Positions 1-9,476 are shown, counted from the first letter of the stretch. The stretch is 64,000 nt of DNA from Pseudomonadota bacterium (GCA_039029395.1 JBCCGG010000018.1:27773-91772), one strand, 5' to 3'. Translations and numbers: made by a program. The notes: generated by a model not told the origin, from the sequence alone.

Positions 1-494
1 GATGGATGTACATGGGCGCAATCAATGCTGCGAGGGAGAGCGTGCGTGTGATGACGCCCTACTTTGTGCCGGACCGCGAGCTCGTGGCCAGCCTGAGCGC
101 CGCCGCAATGCGCGGCGTGAGCGTGAAAATCGTCCTACCAGAGAAGAGCAACATTCCCTTCGTGAGATGGGCGACCGACGCGATGCTCTGGCAGGTTCTC
201 GAACACGGCGTGCAGGTTTACCGTCAACCCCCGCCGTTCACGCATTCCAAGCTCTTCGTTGTTGATGATTGCTATGCGATCGTGGGATCGGGCAACTTCG
301 ACGCTAGGAGCTTGCGCCTCAACTTCGAGTTCAACCTGGAAGTATACGGCGAGGATTTCGTTTCCGTGCTTTCGCAGCATGTCGACCAAGCCAAGGCCCG
401 CTCAGCCCTGGTCACGCTTTCTGAAATGGACGGGCGCCCTTTGGCCATCAAGCTTCGTGACGGCTTCGCGCGTTTGTTTGCGCCCTACTTGTAG
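1..494 (+). CDS. cls: cardiolipin synthase / phospholipase D family protein, C-terminal part (5' end lies outside the window)
   Basis: ORF 6..494 is open to the window edge. It carries the second-PLD-domain HKD motif HSKLFVVDD...GSGNFDARS. Confidence 0.8.
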   Translation, partial: WMYMGAINAARESVRVMTPYFVPDRELVASLSAAAMRGVSVKIVLPEKSNIPFVRWATDAMLWQVLEHGVQVYRQPPPFTHSKLFVVDDCYAIVGSGNFDARSLRLNFEFNLEVYGEDFVSVLSQHVDQAKARSALVTLSEMDGRPLAIKLRDGFARLFAPYL

Positions 495-851
495 TACTGC
501 ATCTCGGCTTGGGCCCGACGGCGAGTTTCGGTAGCTGCAGTGGTCGACCGGACAGTACAGAGCACCGCTAGGCTGCAAAGCTGTTCCATGCGCCGCCAAG
601 TAACAAGTTGCGATCGATCTGAGGGGGAGGGTGCGACCTAGTCATCGTCTCGTTCCAGCGAGGCGGTGGCTCGGCCTTTTGCCTGTGGCAGTAGGTCGGC
701 GGCACGATCGATTTTGGAGAGTTCAGGCTTCCCAAATAGGAATTGCCATCAATGCCCGATATCCGCTACCGGACAACTAAGGTCAGCACTCAGTAGTACC
801 AAAGCCGTCGAATGACAGTATTGAGCCCCTTCAATGAATCTACTCCCCCGA

Positions 852-1004
852 AGGTCCGGATAGGGTCAGAAATGCCCTTCCAGAAAGTGCCGCCGAACAG
901 TCCGCTCCATGGATGGAAGCAGACAGAAGATGCGCGCGTTGCGGTCAGCCGAGACGGCGCCGCCCTTCATCTCCTCGAAGATCTGGAACAGGCTGTCGAC
1001 GGCG
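852..1004 (+). repeat. island repeat family, copy A (long form)
   Basis: Starts AGGTCCGGATAGGGTCAGAAATG. It contains the 28-mer CCGAACAGTCCGCTCCATGGATGGAAGC at 893-920. It aligns without gaps to copy D over about 143 nt. Confidence 0.85.
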
Positions 1005-1628
1005 CGCGCCTGAACCTCCGGGCGCGGCTCGATGTTAGTCATGGGGGGTCGAGGGTAGCCCCGATCGCGAGGGCGGTCACGCCGGGGGGCTAGTTGGTTT
1101 CCGGAGCTTTGGCCCCTGTGTCCGAGGCACGATCGAAAGCGGACTTACCAGCGATGATCGCGAAGCGACGGCCTGGTGAGGGGGCGATAGGGGAACACTG
1201 CCTCGAAAATCATAGTGAGGCTTGGGGTCACCTTGACTCCTTTGTTTCGATCTTTCACTGTCTCAATGTTGGCAATCTGAGTGGGGGCGCTTTGTAGAGA
1301 TTTCTCGGTGCTTTAGTTCTTTTGTTGATGTTGATTCTCCCTGAGTATGGGTTCGGCACCGACGGGCCGCTAGGGGGAATCAGATACAGTGAATCTTGCT
1401 CTTCTTGCCTCGGGCCAGCCGGAAAAGGCGTTGCCAGTTATCCAACGATTTCTGGCAAGGAAGAGTGATACACGGCGGCCTAGTTGAAAGCCTGCAGAGA
1501 AGGTATTTGGCAAGGCACAAACTCATCTCTGATGATTGTGATAGCGAAGCCATGGAGAGATGAGAAAATCGAGAATTCGGCCGGGTGTTTGGATGATACT
1601 GAACACGCGGTTCAATCGGGAGGAAAAC

Positions 1629-2951
1629 ATGAAGATAGTATCAAGTAGCGTCTTTTCGGGAGTCATGGCTGGTGCCTTGGTTCTCGGAGTGCCGTTTGCC
1701 GCTCAGGCGGATCAAAACCAGGGCATGGACGTGCCCAAGATTTCATCTTCCGTCGTCCTGGAAGGACTCGAGAGTCCTTGGGACATGGCTTTCTTGCCAG
1801 ACGGCACAATGTTCTTCACCGAGAAATGCAAAGGTCTTTCGGTAAGAACGAAGGATGGAACCGTGCACCCATTGTACGGAATGAAGGACACCACGGGCTT
1901 CGCCGATAGCGGCAATGACCTTTTTTGCGAAGGACAAGCCGGAATGCTTGGGGTGGTCCCAGATCGACACTTCGCAAAAAACCGCACCCTTTATGTCTAC
2001 TCGACTTCGGACAAGTATCACGGCGATGGCTGCAAGACCAATTTTGAAAAATGCGACGGCAACATCGTCATGAGGTTTAAGGTCAGCGATGACCTCAAGA
2101 GCGTCTCTGATCGGACCGACATCGTGGCGGACATTCAGTATAAGCCGTTCGATTCCAATCAGCCTTTCGGTGGTCCTGGCGCCCACAACGGTGGTCGGAT
2201 TCGCATTGGGCCCGGCGGCTACCTCTGGGTCGCCGGCGGTGACCGCCACCGAGGGGTCTGTCCTCAGGATGGACAGCTACTGTGCGGCAAAGTTCTGCGG
2301 ATCGACATGGACGGGAATGCGCACCCGGACAACAACCCCCCCGAAGGCTTTGACAAGCGCATTTACACTTACGGCCACAGAAATGTCCAAGGCATCGATT
2401 TCCGCCCAAGCGACGGCAAGGCGTTCACGGCTGAACATGGCCCGTGGCACAACGATGAGATCACCGCTCTTGTGAATGGTGGTAATGCCGGTTGGGACCC
2501 CGCGGAAAAAACTGGGGGTAGAGGTGAATGCCCGGATCAGTACTGCGGCTACGAGCCCAATCAAATGGACGCTATGGACCCGGCGCTACGGGCTGCCTAT
2601 ACCCCGATGAGCGACACGCGCTTCGACGATTTGATGCCACCATCATGGAACAACAATGGTTTTTCGCAAGGAACCGGTTCTGCCGCTTTCCTGAAAGGCA
2701 GCAATTGGGGCATCTACGAGGGCCGCTTGGCGGTCGGCATCATGGGTATCGCTTTTGGTGACACACCAGAGGGCTCACGCATCGACATGATCAGCTTGAC
2801 CCCCGATGGTTTGGGGATCAATGGAATCACGCGCATGCCCCTTGGGTTTTCGAAGCGATTCCGTGGCATGGTCATGGGGCCGGATAATGCGCTTTACGTT
2901 GCTGTGGATGACGGCGAGATCTACAGAATCACAGCGGAAAGTATGAAGTAA
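1629..2951 (+). CDS. PQQ-dependent sugar (glucose/sorbosone) dehydrogenase, exported beta-propeller
   Basis: ORF 1560..2951. The ATG at 1629 follows GGGAGGAAAAC. The signal peptide is MKIVSSSVFSGVMAGALVLGVPFAAQA. Family-typical segments include LESPWDMAFLPDG, HNGGRIRIGPGGYLWV and YTYGHRNVQGIDF. Confidence 0.8.
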   Translation: MKIVSSSVFSGVMAGALVLGVPFAAQADQNQGMDVPKISSSVVLEGLESPWDMAFLPDGTMFFTEKCKGLSVRTKDGTVHPLYGMKDTTGFADSGNDLFCEGQAGMLGVVPDRHFAKNRTLYVYSTSDKYHGDGCKTNFEKCDGNIVMRFKVSDDLKSVSDRTDIVADIQYKPFDSNQPFGGPGAHNGGRIRIGPGGYLWVAGGDRHRGVCPQDGQLLCGKVLRIDMDGNAHPDNNPPEGFDKRIYTYGHRNVQGIDFRPSDGKAFTAEHGPWHNDEITALVNGGNAGWDPAEKTGGRGECPDQYCGYEPNQMDAMDPALRAAYTPMSDTRFDDLMPPSWNNNGFSQGTGSAAFLKGSNWGIYEGRLAVGIMGIAFGDTPEGSRIDMISLTPDGLGINGITRMPLGFSKRFRGMVMGPDNALYVAVDDGEIYRITAESMK

Positions 2952-2964
2952 TCCACTCGAACAA

Positions 2965-3007
2965 AGTGCCCGCGGTACTGAGGTAACGCGGGCACTTTTA
3001 CTTTTTC
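2965..3007. terminator. rho-independent terminator between convergent genes
   Basis: A 9-bp perfect stem GTGCCCGCG/CGCGGGCAC with a 12-nt loop is followed by TTTTACTTTTT. It lies between the stops at 2951 (+) and 3056 (-). Confidence 0.75.
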
Positions 3008-3055
3008 CGACGGTCAAAGGTCGTGGTTGAAAGATCTCGGCGATCAAACGCTCGT

Positions 3056-3463
3056 TCAATCGCACAATACTTCAGTCAGGCGTTCGGTTGCGGAACCCAC
3101 CACGATTTGGCGCTTCGGCTTTTCCGATGTATCCGTCCCCATTGCAGGCTTTTTCCAGTGTTTATCTGTGAAAAATGTGCTCTGCAGTGTTTTCTCTGTC
3201 CGCTCGGAGCAGTCGATTTCCAACAGGCTGAGATAGCTGGACGCACCCATGACGGATGTTTTGTATCGGATGCCACTCCAAACTCGACGTAACCTATCGA
3301 TCTTTTCCACGCGTGACGTATCATAAAGATAGACGTCGCCATTCAATGGTTCGGCGTAAATGACCCATTCGCCTTCCCCAGCACCAGCAGCCGAAGCTTC
3401 GCTCGTTGTGACGGTCGATGCCGCTGAACAGATCAAAAATACGGCTAGCATAGTTTTGTTCAT
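3056..3463 (-). CDS. small exported protein of unknown function (tentatively surface-adhesin protein E-like)
   Basis: 135-aa ORF with signal peptide MNKTMLAVFLICSAASTVTTSEASA. The coding sequence is low-GC. The family guess rests only on overall pattern (W.IY....VYLYD.S...). Confidence 0.6.
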   Translation of the reverse strand: MNKTMLAVFLICSAASTVTTSEASAAGAGEGEWVIYAEPLNGDVYLYDTSRVEKIDRLRRVWSGIRYKTSVMGASSYLSLLEIDCSERTEKTLQSTFFTDKHWKKPAMGTDTSEKPKRQIVVGSATERLTEVLCD

Positions 3464-3660
3464 CAGGAATCGACTTCGATAATCATTGCTGTCTGGCCGC
3501 CAAAACTGTTGCTTTTCAGCGACCGGGTCTCAAGTAATGCCTGCCTAGTCTTGAACACTTGATCTAAGTCTTGAGTAAAAGCTGGCACGAGGGACTGCTC
3601 TTGTAAAGCCCCCATGCGATCAACCAGGCGGGCGTCTGTTGTGATCGAGCGCAACCAGCA

Positions 3661-3730
3661 AGGTCCGCTTCGAGTCAGAAATGGCCTTAGAGAATGTGTC
3701 TCCGAACAGTCCGCTCCATGGATGGAAGCC
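3661..3730 (+). repeat. island repeat family, copy B (short form)
   Basis: AGGTCCGCTTCGAGTCAGAAATGG... with the identical 28-mer at 3702-3729. Confidence 0.85.
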
Positions 3731-3744
3731 GTCCATCGCGTAAC

Positions 3745-4086
3745 TTAGTTCCACGGCGTCCCGGAGATGACAACGGCCCCGATGAAAACGCCGTATAGCG
3801 CAGCTGGAACGGCCAGCATCGCGAGGACGACATTGGCAAGTACCAGCTTGGTCGCTCTGCGCGCTGCCAACCCACCGGCGATGATTGCGGCAACCGCGAA
3901 CAAAATGCCGATCCATAACTGCATGTTGAAGCTCGAAATCGACCCATCTGCGAGCCCGACTACGAAGAAGTAGACGACGGCAAGCGCTGCTATGGAGTCG
4001 ATTCCCAACAGAATTCTAAATATCCCATCGGCTCTTCCCTTGTCCGATTTCTTGGCTATGTTTCCCGCCATCGGCACCAACCTCAT
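3745..4086 (-). CDS. small integral membrane protein, unknown function
   Basis: 113-aa ORF starting at ATG. It has three or four hydrophobic helices (IAALAVVYFFVVGL, ILFAVAAIIAGGLAA, VLANVVLAMLAVPAALYGVFIGAVVI). Confidence 0.55.
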   Translation of the reverse strand: MRLVPMAGNIAKKSDKGRADGIFRILLGIDSIAALAVVYFFVVGLADGSISSFNMQLWIGILFAVAAIIAGGLAARRATKLVLANVVLAMLAVPAALYGVFIGAVVISGTPWN

Positions 4087-4304
4087 TCAAGCTCGGCAAG
4101 CGCGTCGTCGTGACCGCTTCTGTGTCGATCGCCATTCTCCAAATGAAATGCGATCAGACCGCAGATTGCGCGGCTTTGGCTTTGTTGACATTGCTCTCTT
4201 GCCCAGAATCCGCCCAAGAAACCCCTACCATGAGCCAAAGGCGTCGCGAAAGGGCTAATGGATCGGTTATGCAGCCCCTATTCAGGGCCATCGCCACTGG
4301 TTGT

Positions 4305-4410
4305 AGGTCCGTAAGCGGGTCAGAAATGGCTCTCCAGAAAGTGGCGCCGAACAGTCCGCTCCATGGATGGAAGCGGACAGGCGAAGGGCACGTTGCGGTC
4401 GACCGAGACG
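4305..4410 (+). repeat. island repeat family, copy C
   Basis: AGGTCCGTAAGCGGGTCAGAAATGG... with the identical 28-mer at 4347-4374. I count 5 mismatches to copy A over the 64-nt core. Confidence 0.85.
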
Positions 4411-4659
4411 AACCCTAACCAAAATCTACCTTCGGATCCCATGTCGTGGTGCCGTGCTGGTCTCGCTCATTGGATGCCGGCGAGGGCGATGAGCCAGGGC
4501 GCTATGTCGCAGGACCAAAAAATCCTATTCGAACATTGTGACGTCGGATAGGGTTGAGGAACGACTCAGCACCGGTTTCTTCCGGTCGATGTCTGATGGA
4601 AGGGTGGCAATCCTAGAGTCGTCTCCGGCGCTTGAGATGACAGGAATGGGAGGCGTGCG

Positions 4660-6166
4660 GTGTTGGGTCGAAACTGGCTACTGGTGTTCGCGGCCGTCAT
4701 TTTTCTGGTGGCATCAGACCTTGGTGCGGTCCTGGCGAGCGGCACCCTGAAGATTGGCCGCAACGAAGACAGTTCGACCTTGGACCCCATCAAGACCGCA
4801 CAATCCGTCAATGTTATGATCAACGAGAATGTTCACGCCACGTTGGTTCGCTTCGTCCGGAATGCAAAGGAGATTGAGGGCGAACTGGCGGAAAGTTGGG
4901 CGTGTCGGACGACAAATTGACCTTCACCTTTCAGCTTCGGGACGCCAAGTTTTCCGATGGCTCGCCTGTCACGGCCGAAGATGCGGCTTTTCCCTGACCC
5001 GGCTGCGCGACGACGAGGAGTCAGCGCACCGTTCGAACTTCGAGAACGTGGAAGAGATTGCGGCCATTGGCGAGAAACCCCTACAGGTTCGTCTGAAAGA
5101 AACCTCGTCGCCATTCCTGTCCAAACTCACCAATATCGATGCCGCAATCCTTCCAAAGACCGCGGTGGAGTCCCTGGGCGACGAATTCGGCGCCTCGCCC
5201 GTGGGCGCGAGCAACTACAAGTTGGCCGATTGGCGCCGCGGCGAGCTTCTGGCCCCTGAACCCAACGAGCACCACTATGACGCGCCCGTTTCCCAGGTGG
5301 ACCGGGTTGAATGGTTGGTCGTACCCAACGACGAAACGCGCGCATTGAAGGTCATGGCCGGAGAGTTGGATGCCGCTGTCACGATCCCCTATACCCTATT
5401 GCCGTATCTGAGCATCCTGACCGATATAGAAGTCCATCTCATCCCTTCGACCCGCCAAGAGCATCTGTTGCTCAATCATGAGAACGAATGGCTTGCCAAG
5501 AAACCGATCCGCCAAGCCATCAACATGGCGCTCAACCGAGAGGCCATCACCCAGTTGGCGACCGCCGGGCAAGGCACGATGGCGAACTCTCTGATCCCGC
5601 CCAGCGTGCTCTACCACAACCCGGACAACCCGTCATGTACCTACGATCGAGAGATGGCCAAGTCCATCATCGAGAAATAAGGCGCGACCGGGGCGCGCAT
5701 TGATTACCTTGTGCCAGCCGGTCATGTCACCCGTGGCAACATTGCCGAGATGGTGCAATTCATGCTGGGCCAGGTCGGATTGGAGGTCGTGATCAGGGAG
5801 ATCGATCCGAGCGAGTACTGGGGCGCCCTGATCGAGGGCAACTATGACATGGCAGCAGTCTACTGGATCTCCAATCTGGACCCCGATCAAAAACTTACCT
5901 TCAGCGTCGGGGCGGATAACAATCTCAGTTACTTCACCCGCTACAACAATCCCGAAGTGACGGCAATAGTGGAACAGGTCCGCAACGAGTTGGACAGCGA
6001 CAAGCGGCGCGGACTTTACTACCAGATACAGTCCATGGTGAAGGATGACGCCCACTGGGTCGACCTCTACTATAGCCCCTTCAGCCACCTTACGCGGACC
6101 AATGTGTCGGGCTTCCACCAAAGTGCGACGGGCGAGATTCGCTTGCACGACATAAGCTTGAACTAG
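4660..6166 (+). pseudogene. ABC transporter substrate-binding protein, family 5 (peptide/nickel type), disrupted
   Basis: One protein is spread over three frames. Frame 1 runs from 4660. Frame 3 runs from about 4902 (VSDDKLTFTFQLRDAKFSDGSPVTAEDAAF). Frame 2 runs from about 4990 (SLTRLRDDEE...). There is also an in-frame TAA at 5678-5680, after which the same frame resumes (5711..6166). Confidence 0.8.
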
Positions 6167-6240
6167 GCTTGCCCTTTCGCGATCTGTGTCGCGTCAACCC
6201 TTCTGGTGTGTGAAGAAGGTGTCTTAGGACACGATCCGCT

Positions 6241-6400
6241 GGATCCGTGCCCGCCTCGGGTCAGAAATCGCCTTCCAGAAGGTTGCGCCGTACGGTCCGC
6301 ACCTTGGACGGAAGCAGACAGACGATGCGCGCGCTGCGGTCGACCGAGACGGCGCCGCCCACCATCTCCTCGAGGATCTGAAGCAGGCTGTCGGAGGCGG
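6241..6400 (+). repeat. island repeat family, copy D (long form)
   Basis: GGGTCAGAAATCGCCTTCCAGAAGG... is colinear with copy A with no gaps. A degenerate partial copy starting at CGGATAGG (6398) follows directly. Confidence 0.85.
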
Positions 6401-6538
6401 ATAGGATTACAATGCCTAAGCCTGAGTGTCCGAAGCGAGGTCAGATGCGGTCGGACGAGCGTCGATCGCGACGCGGCAACTCATAGCACCGAGCCGCCAC
6501 TTTGTTTCCTTGTACAAGGTACGAAACATCAACTCGGT

Positions 6539-7465
6539 TCAGCGCTCGGTACAACGATGAACCTCGACTGTGGCATGTACGACACCTAATTGACCTGGGA
6601 TCTGAGATTTGTAGTACTCAGGAGTGCCGGGATTGTCACTGACGATGGCAATCTCAGCGGCGAGTATTCCGTGGCCAATGCTCCAAAGGTGAAGGTCGGT
6701 GATTTTGTCCGACGAGTCGCCCTCGATTGCCTGCCGTAACTCGATTGCCATGTGATCGCTCGCTTGCTTGTCCAAAAGTACCCGCGATGAATCTTTAATC
6801 AGGCCAAAAGACCACCGCGCGACCAAAGCAGCGCCGACGAAACCCATCGCAGGGTCGAGCCAGTTAGCAGCAAAAAACTTACCCGCTAGAAGAGCAGCGA
6901 TGGCCAAGATTGAGGTCAACGCATCGGCCAAGACATGAAGATAAGCCGCACGCAGATTGTGATCGTGACGGTGTTGATCGTGTGAACGTCCCTGCCCGTG
7001 CTCGTGGGGGGTTGACATGAGAACCCAAGCACTTGCTCCGTTTACGATGAGCCCGATCACGGCCACTATCAGCGCTTGATCGAAGGCAATCGGCAATGGA
7101 TTCATCAATCGGTTGGTACTCTCCGTGACCATCAGAAGAGCAAAGCCCAGCAACAAGACTGCGCTTGCGAATCCCGCTAGGCTGTTGATCTTGCCGACAC
7201 CAAATGAATAGCTTCGATCAGTCGCGGAGCGACGCGACATCACGTACGCGAACACAGCGATGCCAAGCGCAAGTGTGTGAGACGCCATGTGCAGCCCATC
7301 TGCCAACAGCGCCATGGAACCAAAGAGCACGCCGGTGATGATCTCAGTTACCATCATGATCGCTGTGAGTGCTACAACGAACAGTGTTCGCATCTCGCCA
7401 GCACGCTGCTGGTCTTGACCGAACACGTGGCTGTGTTGCCAGTCTTCCAATCGGGTTGTGTGCAT
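6539..7465 (-). CDS. cation diffusion facilitator family metal exporter (CzcD/ZitB-like)
   Basis: ORF 6539..7525; the likely ATG is at 7465 (MHTTRLE...). It has six TM helices, the motif LLADGLHMASH, a His-rich loop HEHGQGRSHDQHRHDHN, and HVLADALTS. Confidence 0.85.
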   Translation of the reverse strand: MHTTRLEDWQHSHVFGQDQQRAGEMRTLFVVALTAIMMVTEIITGVLFGSMALLADGLHMASHTLALGIAVFAYVMSRRSATDRSYSFGVGKINSLAGFASAVLLLGFALLMVTESTNRLMNPLPIAFDQALIVAVIGLIVNGASAWVLMSTPHEHGQGRSHDQHRHDHNLRAAYLHVLADALTSILAIAALLAGKFFAANWLDPAMGFVGAALVARWSFGLIKDSSRVLLDKQASDHMAIELRQAIEGDSSDKITDLHLWSIGHGILAAEIAIVSDNPGTPEYYKSQIPGQLGVVHATVEVHRCTER

Positions 7466-7516
7466 TCGGAGCCTCTTGACGCGCGAAACTGGTGATAAGA
7501 AGCGGATTGGCCGCAA

Positions 7517-7600
7517 TGTCCACAAAGGCTCAGAAATGGCCTTCTAGAAGGTGACGCCGCACAGTCTGCACCACGGGCCGAAGCAGACAGACGACGGGCA
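7517..7600 (+). repeat. island repeat family, copy E
   Basis: GGCTCAGAAATGGCCTTCTAGAAGGTGACGCCGCACAGTCTGCACCACGGGCCGAAGCAGACAGACGA is colinear with copies A and D. It lies just 5' of the CDF gene. Confidence 0.75.
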
Positions 7601-7752
7601 GCAAAGATAGCACCTATCCGTCAGGCGATCCACGGCAGGCGCCCGTCACGCTGCACTCATTCCTATCCGGTCAAGTTCGACCAAAAGCCGAATCGCATAC
7701 TAGAGACATCGCTATTGGTAGCTAGCCTAGTGACTCACCGGTCGGGGATCCC

Positions 7753-8667
7753 TCACTCACAGGCCTCCGGCATGTCGGCCAGCATTTTGCCCTTTTCGAC
7801 GATCTTGACGCCGTCGAGTTCGAAGTTCTTCCCGGACTGCACCGCCGCCTTGATGTAGCCGCAGGTGACCGCCGCCTGGATCGGGTTGGCCATGTTTCGG
7901 TTCAGCACTGCTTGCGCAGTCTCCGACCCGCTCCCCTGGCTCGATTCGACGACGGCTGCGCTTTGGTCCTTTCCAAACTGGCTGATCTTCATGAGGACGC
8001 TCCGTTCTATCGGATTGTGACGATAGGCGAGCATGAGCCGCTGGATCGTGGGATCGGCGTTGTCGAACATGCAGCGCGCGGTGTTGGACGATCCCGCGGT
8101 CAAATATGGCTTCCTGCAGTCATGATAGGGCTCGCCGAAACGCTCGATCCAGCCCGCAGCCATCGCGGCCGGCATGGGTAACTTGGCAAAAACCTCTTCG
8201 CGTTCCTCTAAAAAGGTCACGTAAATCGAATGGATTGGCAGATTTCTGGCGCAGTTTTGAATCTCCGAACCATCGTGGGGCGAGATCAGACTGACGTTTA
8301 CGGTGACGCTTACCTTCTTGGAATTGTGGGAGGTCCAGCTGCAGTCGTCTTGGCGCATCCCCATCTCGTTCATTTTCGCTTCCAGCACCGAGAACGGTGT
8401 CCCGACCGCCGCGCCGAAGGGCTTAAGTGTGTCGATTTCGGTCAGCGGTGGAATGGAGGAATCCTGGGTGTCCTGGTCCGCGCCCGGTGCCGAATAGCCG
8501 AATTGCTGACAAATCTGTGCGATCTCGGTTTGGCAGCAGACCCGCTCGCCCTGCGCTTGCGGCGCGGCGCAATTCGGCGTCTTCAAATCGGACTGCGCGC
8601 GCGCCGGCGTCAACAGCCAGAACCCCGCCAATAGCAGAACAACTCCGACCCTCATGAAAATTCTCAT
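7753..8667 (-). CDS. exported protein of unknown function
   Basis: 304-aa ORF. The ATG at 8667 is preceded by GGGGAGAA. The signal peptide is MRIFMRVGVVLLLAGFWLLTPARA. It is Cys-rich and I recognise no motif. Confidence 0.6.
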   Translation of the reverse strand: MRIFMRVGVVLLLAGFWLLTPARAQSDLKTPNCAAPQAQGERVCCQTEIAQICQQFGYSAPGADQDTQDSSIPPLTEIDTLKPFGAAVGTPFSVLEAKMNEMGMRQDDCSWTSHNSKKVSVTVNVSLISPHDGSEIQNCARNLPIHSIYVTFLEEREEVFAKLPMPAAMAAGWIERFGEPYHDCRKPYLTAGSSNTARCMFDNADPTIQRLMLAYRHNPIERSVLMKISQFGKDQSAAVVESSQGSGSETAQAVLNRNMANPIQAAVTCGYIKAAVQSGKNFELDGVKIVEKGKMLADMPEACE

Positions 8668-8845
8668 GCCGAGTTTCTCCCCGTGGTCTGGAGGCGCCTG
8701 AGGAAGATATCATTATTGTGAAATAGAGTCTCGCGGATAGGAATTACGAGCCGCCGCAGATGGCAGCAATCCGCTCCCGTTGCCGCTCGACCGTCGGCGA
8801 GACGGACGTCTAACAAGGCCGCATTGTGGCCGCAATTGGCCCTAA

Positions 8846-8906
8846 AGGTCTCTCCTTCGGAATGTGAGACCGACGCGTTGCACCATGTACGGGGCAGACG
8901 GACGAT
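8846..8906 (+). repeat. island repeat family, copy F (degenerate)
   Basis: AGGTCTCTCCTTCGGAATGTGAGACCGACGCGTTGCACCATGTACGGGGCAGACGGACGATGG aligns to copy E with indels. Confidence 0.55.
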
Positions 8907-9476
8907 GGCCCCCTGTGGCTTTACTCACATTCTTTGAGCCAGGTCGTTGGATAAAGTATCGGGGCGAGCGACCGGGATTCGTTCGATTTTCTAGCGAATG
9001 CCGCGCGACGACAGTTTGCTTTTATGATCGGCCCAAGGACCGGAGAGGGACCGCTCGGAGAAAAGACGGCGTAGGACCGAGGCATGCTCCAATGACTCTG
9101 CAATTTTGCCACGCAATAGGACGATGAAACTGCGGCGCTTCTTCTCGCGGTGCGATGCGCGAACCTCCTCTCGCTGCGCCTTCGCGGTCGTTTCGGATAG
9201 GATTTCCGGGACGACGGCCGCCCAGCCGAGAGGACTCCACGCCCCGAGGGACGGCGGTTCTAGGGAAGTTTTCGATCGAGACCGAGGATCACGATTGGTC
9301 GACATATTTGGTATCTCCGAGATGTTTGGCACTCGAGGAATAGGAAATTCAACGGACGCCTATGAGAATTTGTCTAAAGTGCTCGAGCAGCGCGGATGAG
9401 GTGAGCTTAGGGCGGCACCGTGAAACACCGGTGGTTTCAACCGTGAAAGTATCGTTAAATCGGAGGCTCCTTCGAC

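Noticed and set aside
812-1093. Plus-strand ORFs running through the repeat copies (812..1093, 4110..4418, 4363..4551, 6206..6589, 11682..11936).
   Set aside because: They exist only because the repeat is open on both strands. Copy E has an in-frame TAG and copy D lacks the ATG in this frame. The substitution pattern slightly favours the minus frame. I treat them as part of the repeat, not as genes.
1094-1560. Small ORFs in the gap after copy A: the plus-strand 67-aa ORF 1094..1297, and a 28-codon minus-strand ORF with an AAAGGAG site near 1250.
   Set aside because: They are too short and show no supporting conservation within the window. I cannot tell them apart from chance ORFs.
7466-7600. 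A metal-sensing (NiCo/czcD-type) riboswitch in the 5' region of the CDF exporter gene.
   Set aside because: The conserved sequence there is copy E of the island repeat. The same repeat also flanks genes unrelated to metals, including at their 3' ends, so its conservation is not evidence for a riboswitch.
852-8906. The idea that the repeats are classical integron attC sites.
   Set aside because: I could not find the RYYYAAC ... GTTRRRY core pair or the long imperfect R''/L''-L'/R' dyad. No intI-like gene is in the window, and the cargo genes point in both directions. The cassette-like layout is still reported as a finding, but not as a canonical integron.
8991-9332. A 113-aa minus-strand ORF in the 8.7-9.5 kb gap, and the overlapping plus-strand ORFs.
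   Set aside because: It has a GTG start without a Shine-Dalgarno, an odd composition (Ser/Arg/Pro-rich) and no motif. The region also contains degenerate repeat copies. I leave it unannotated, though a gene remnant cannot be excluded.
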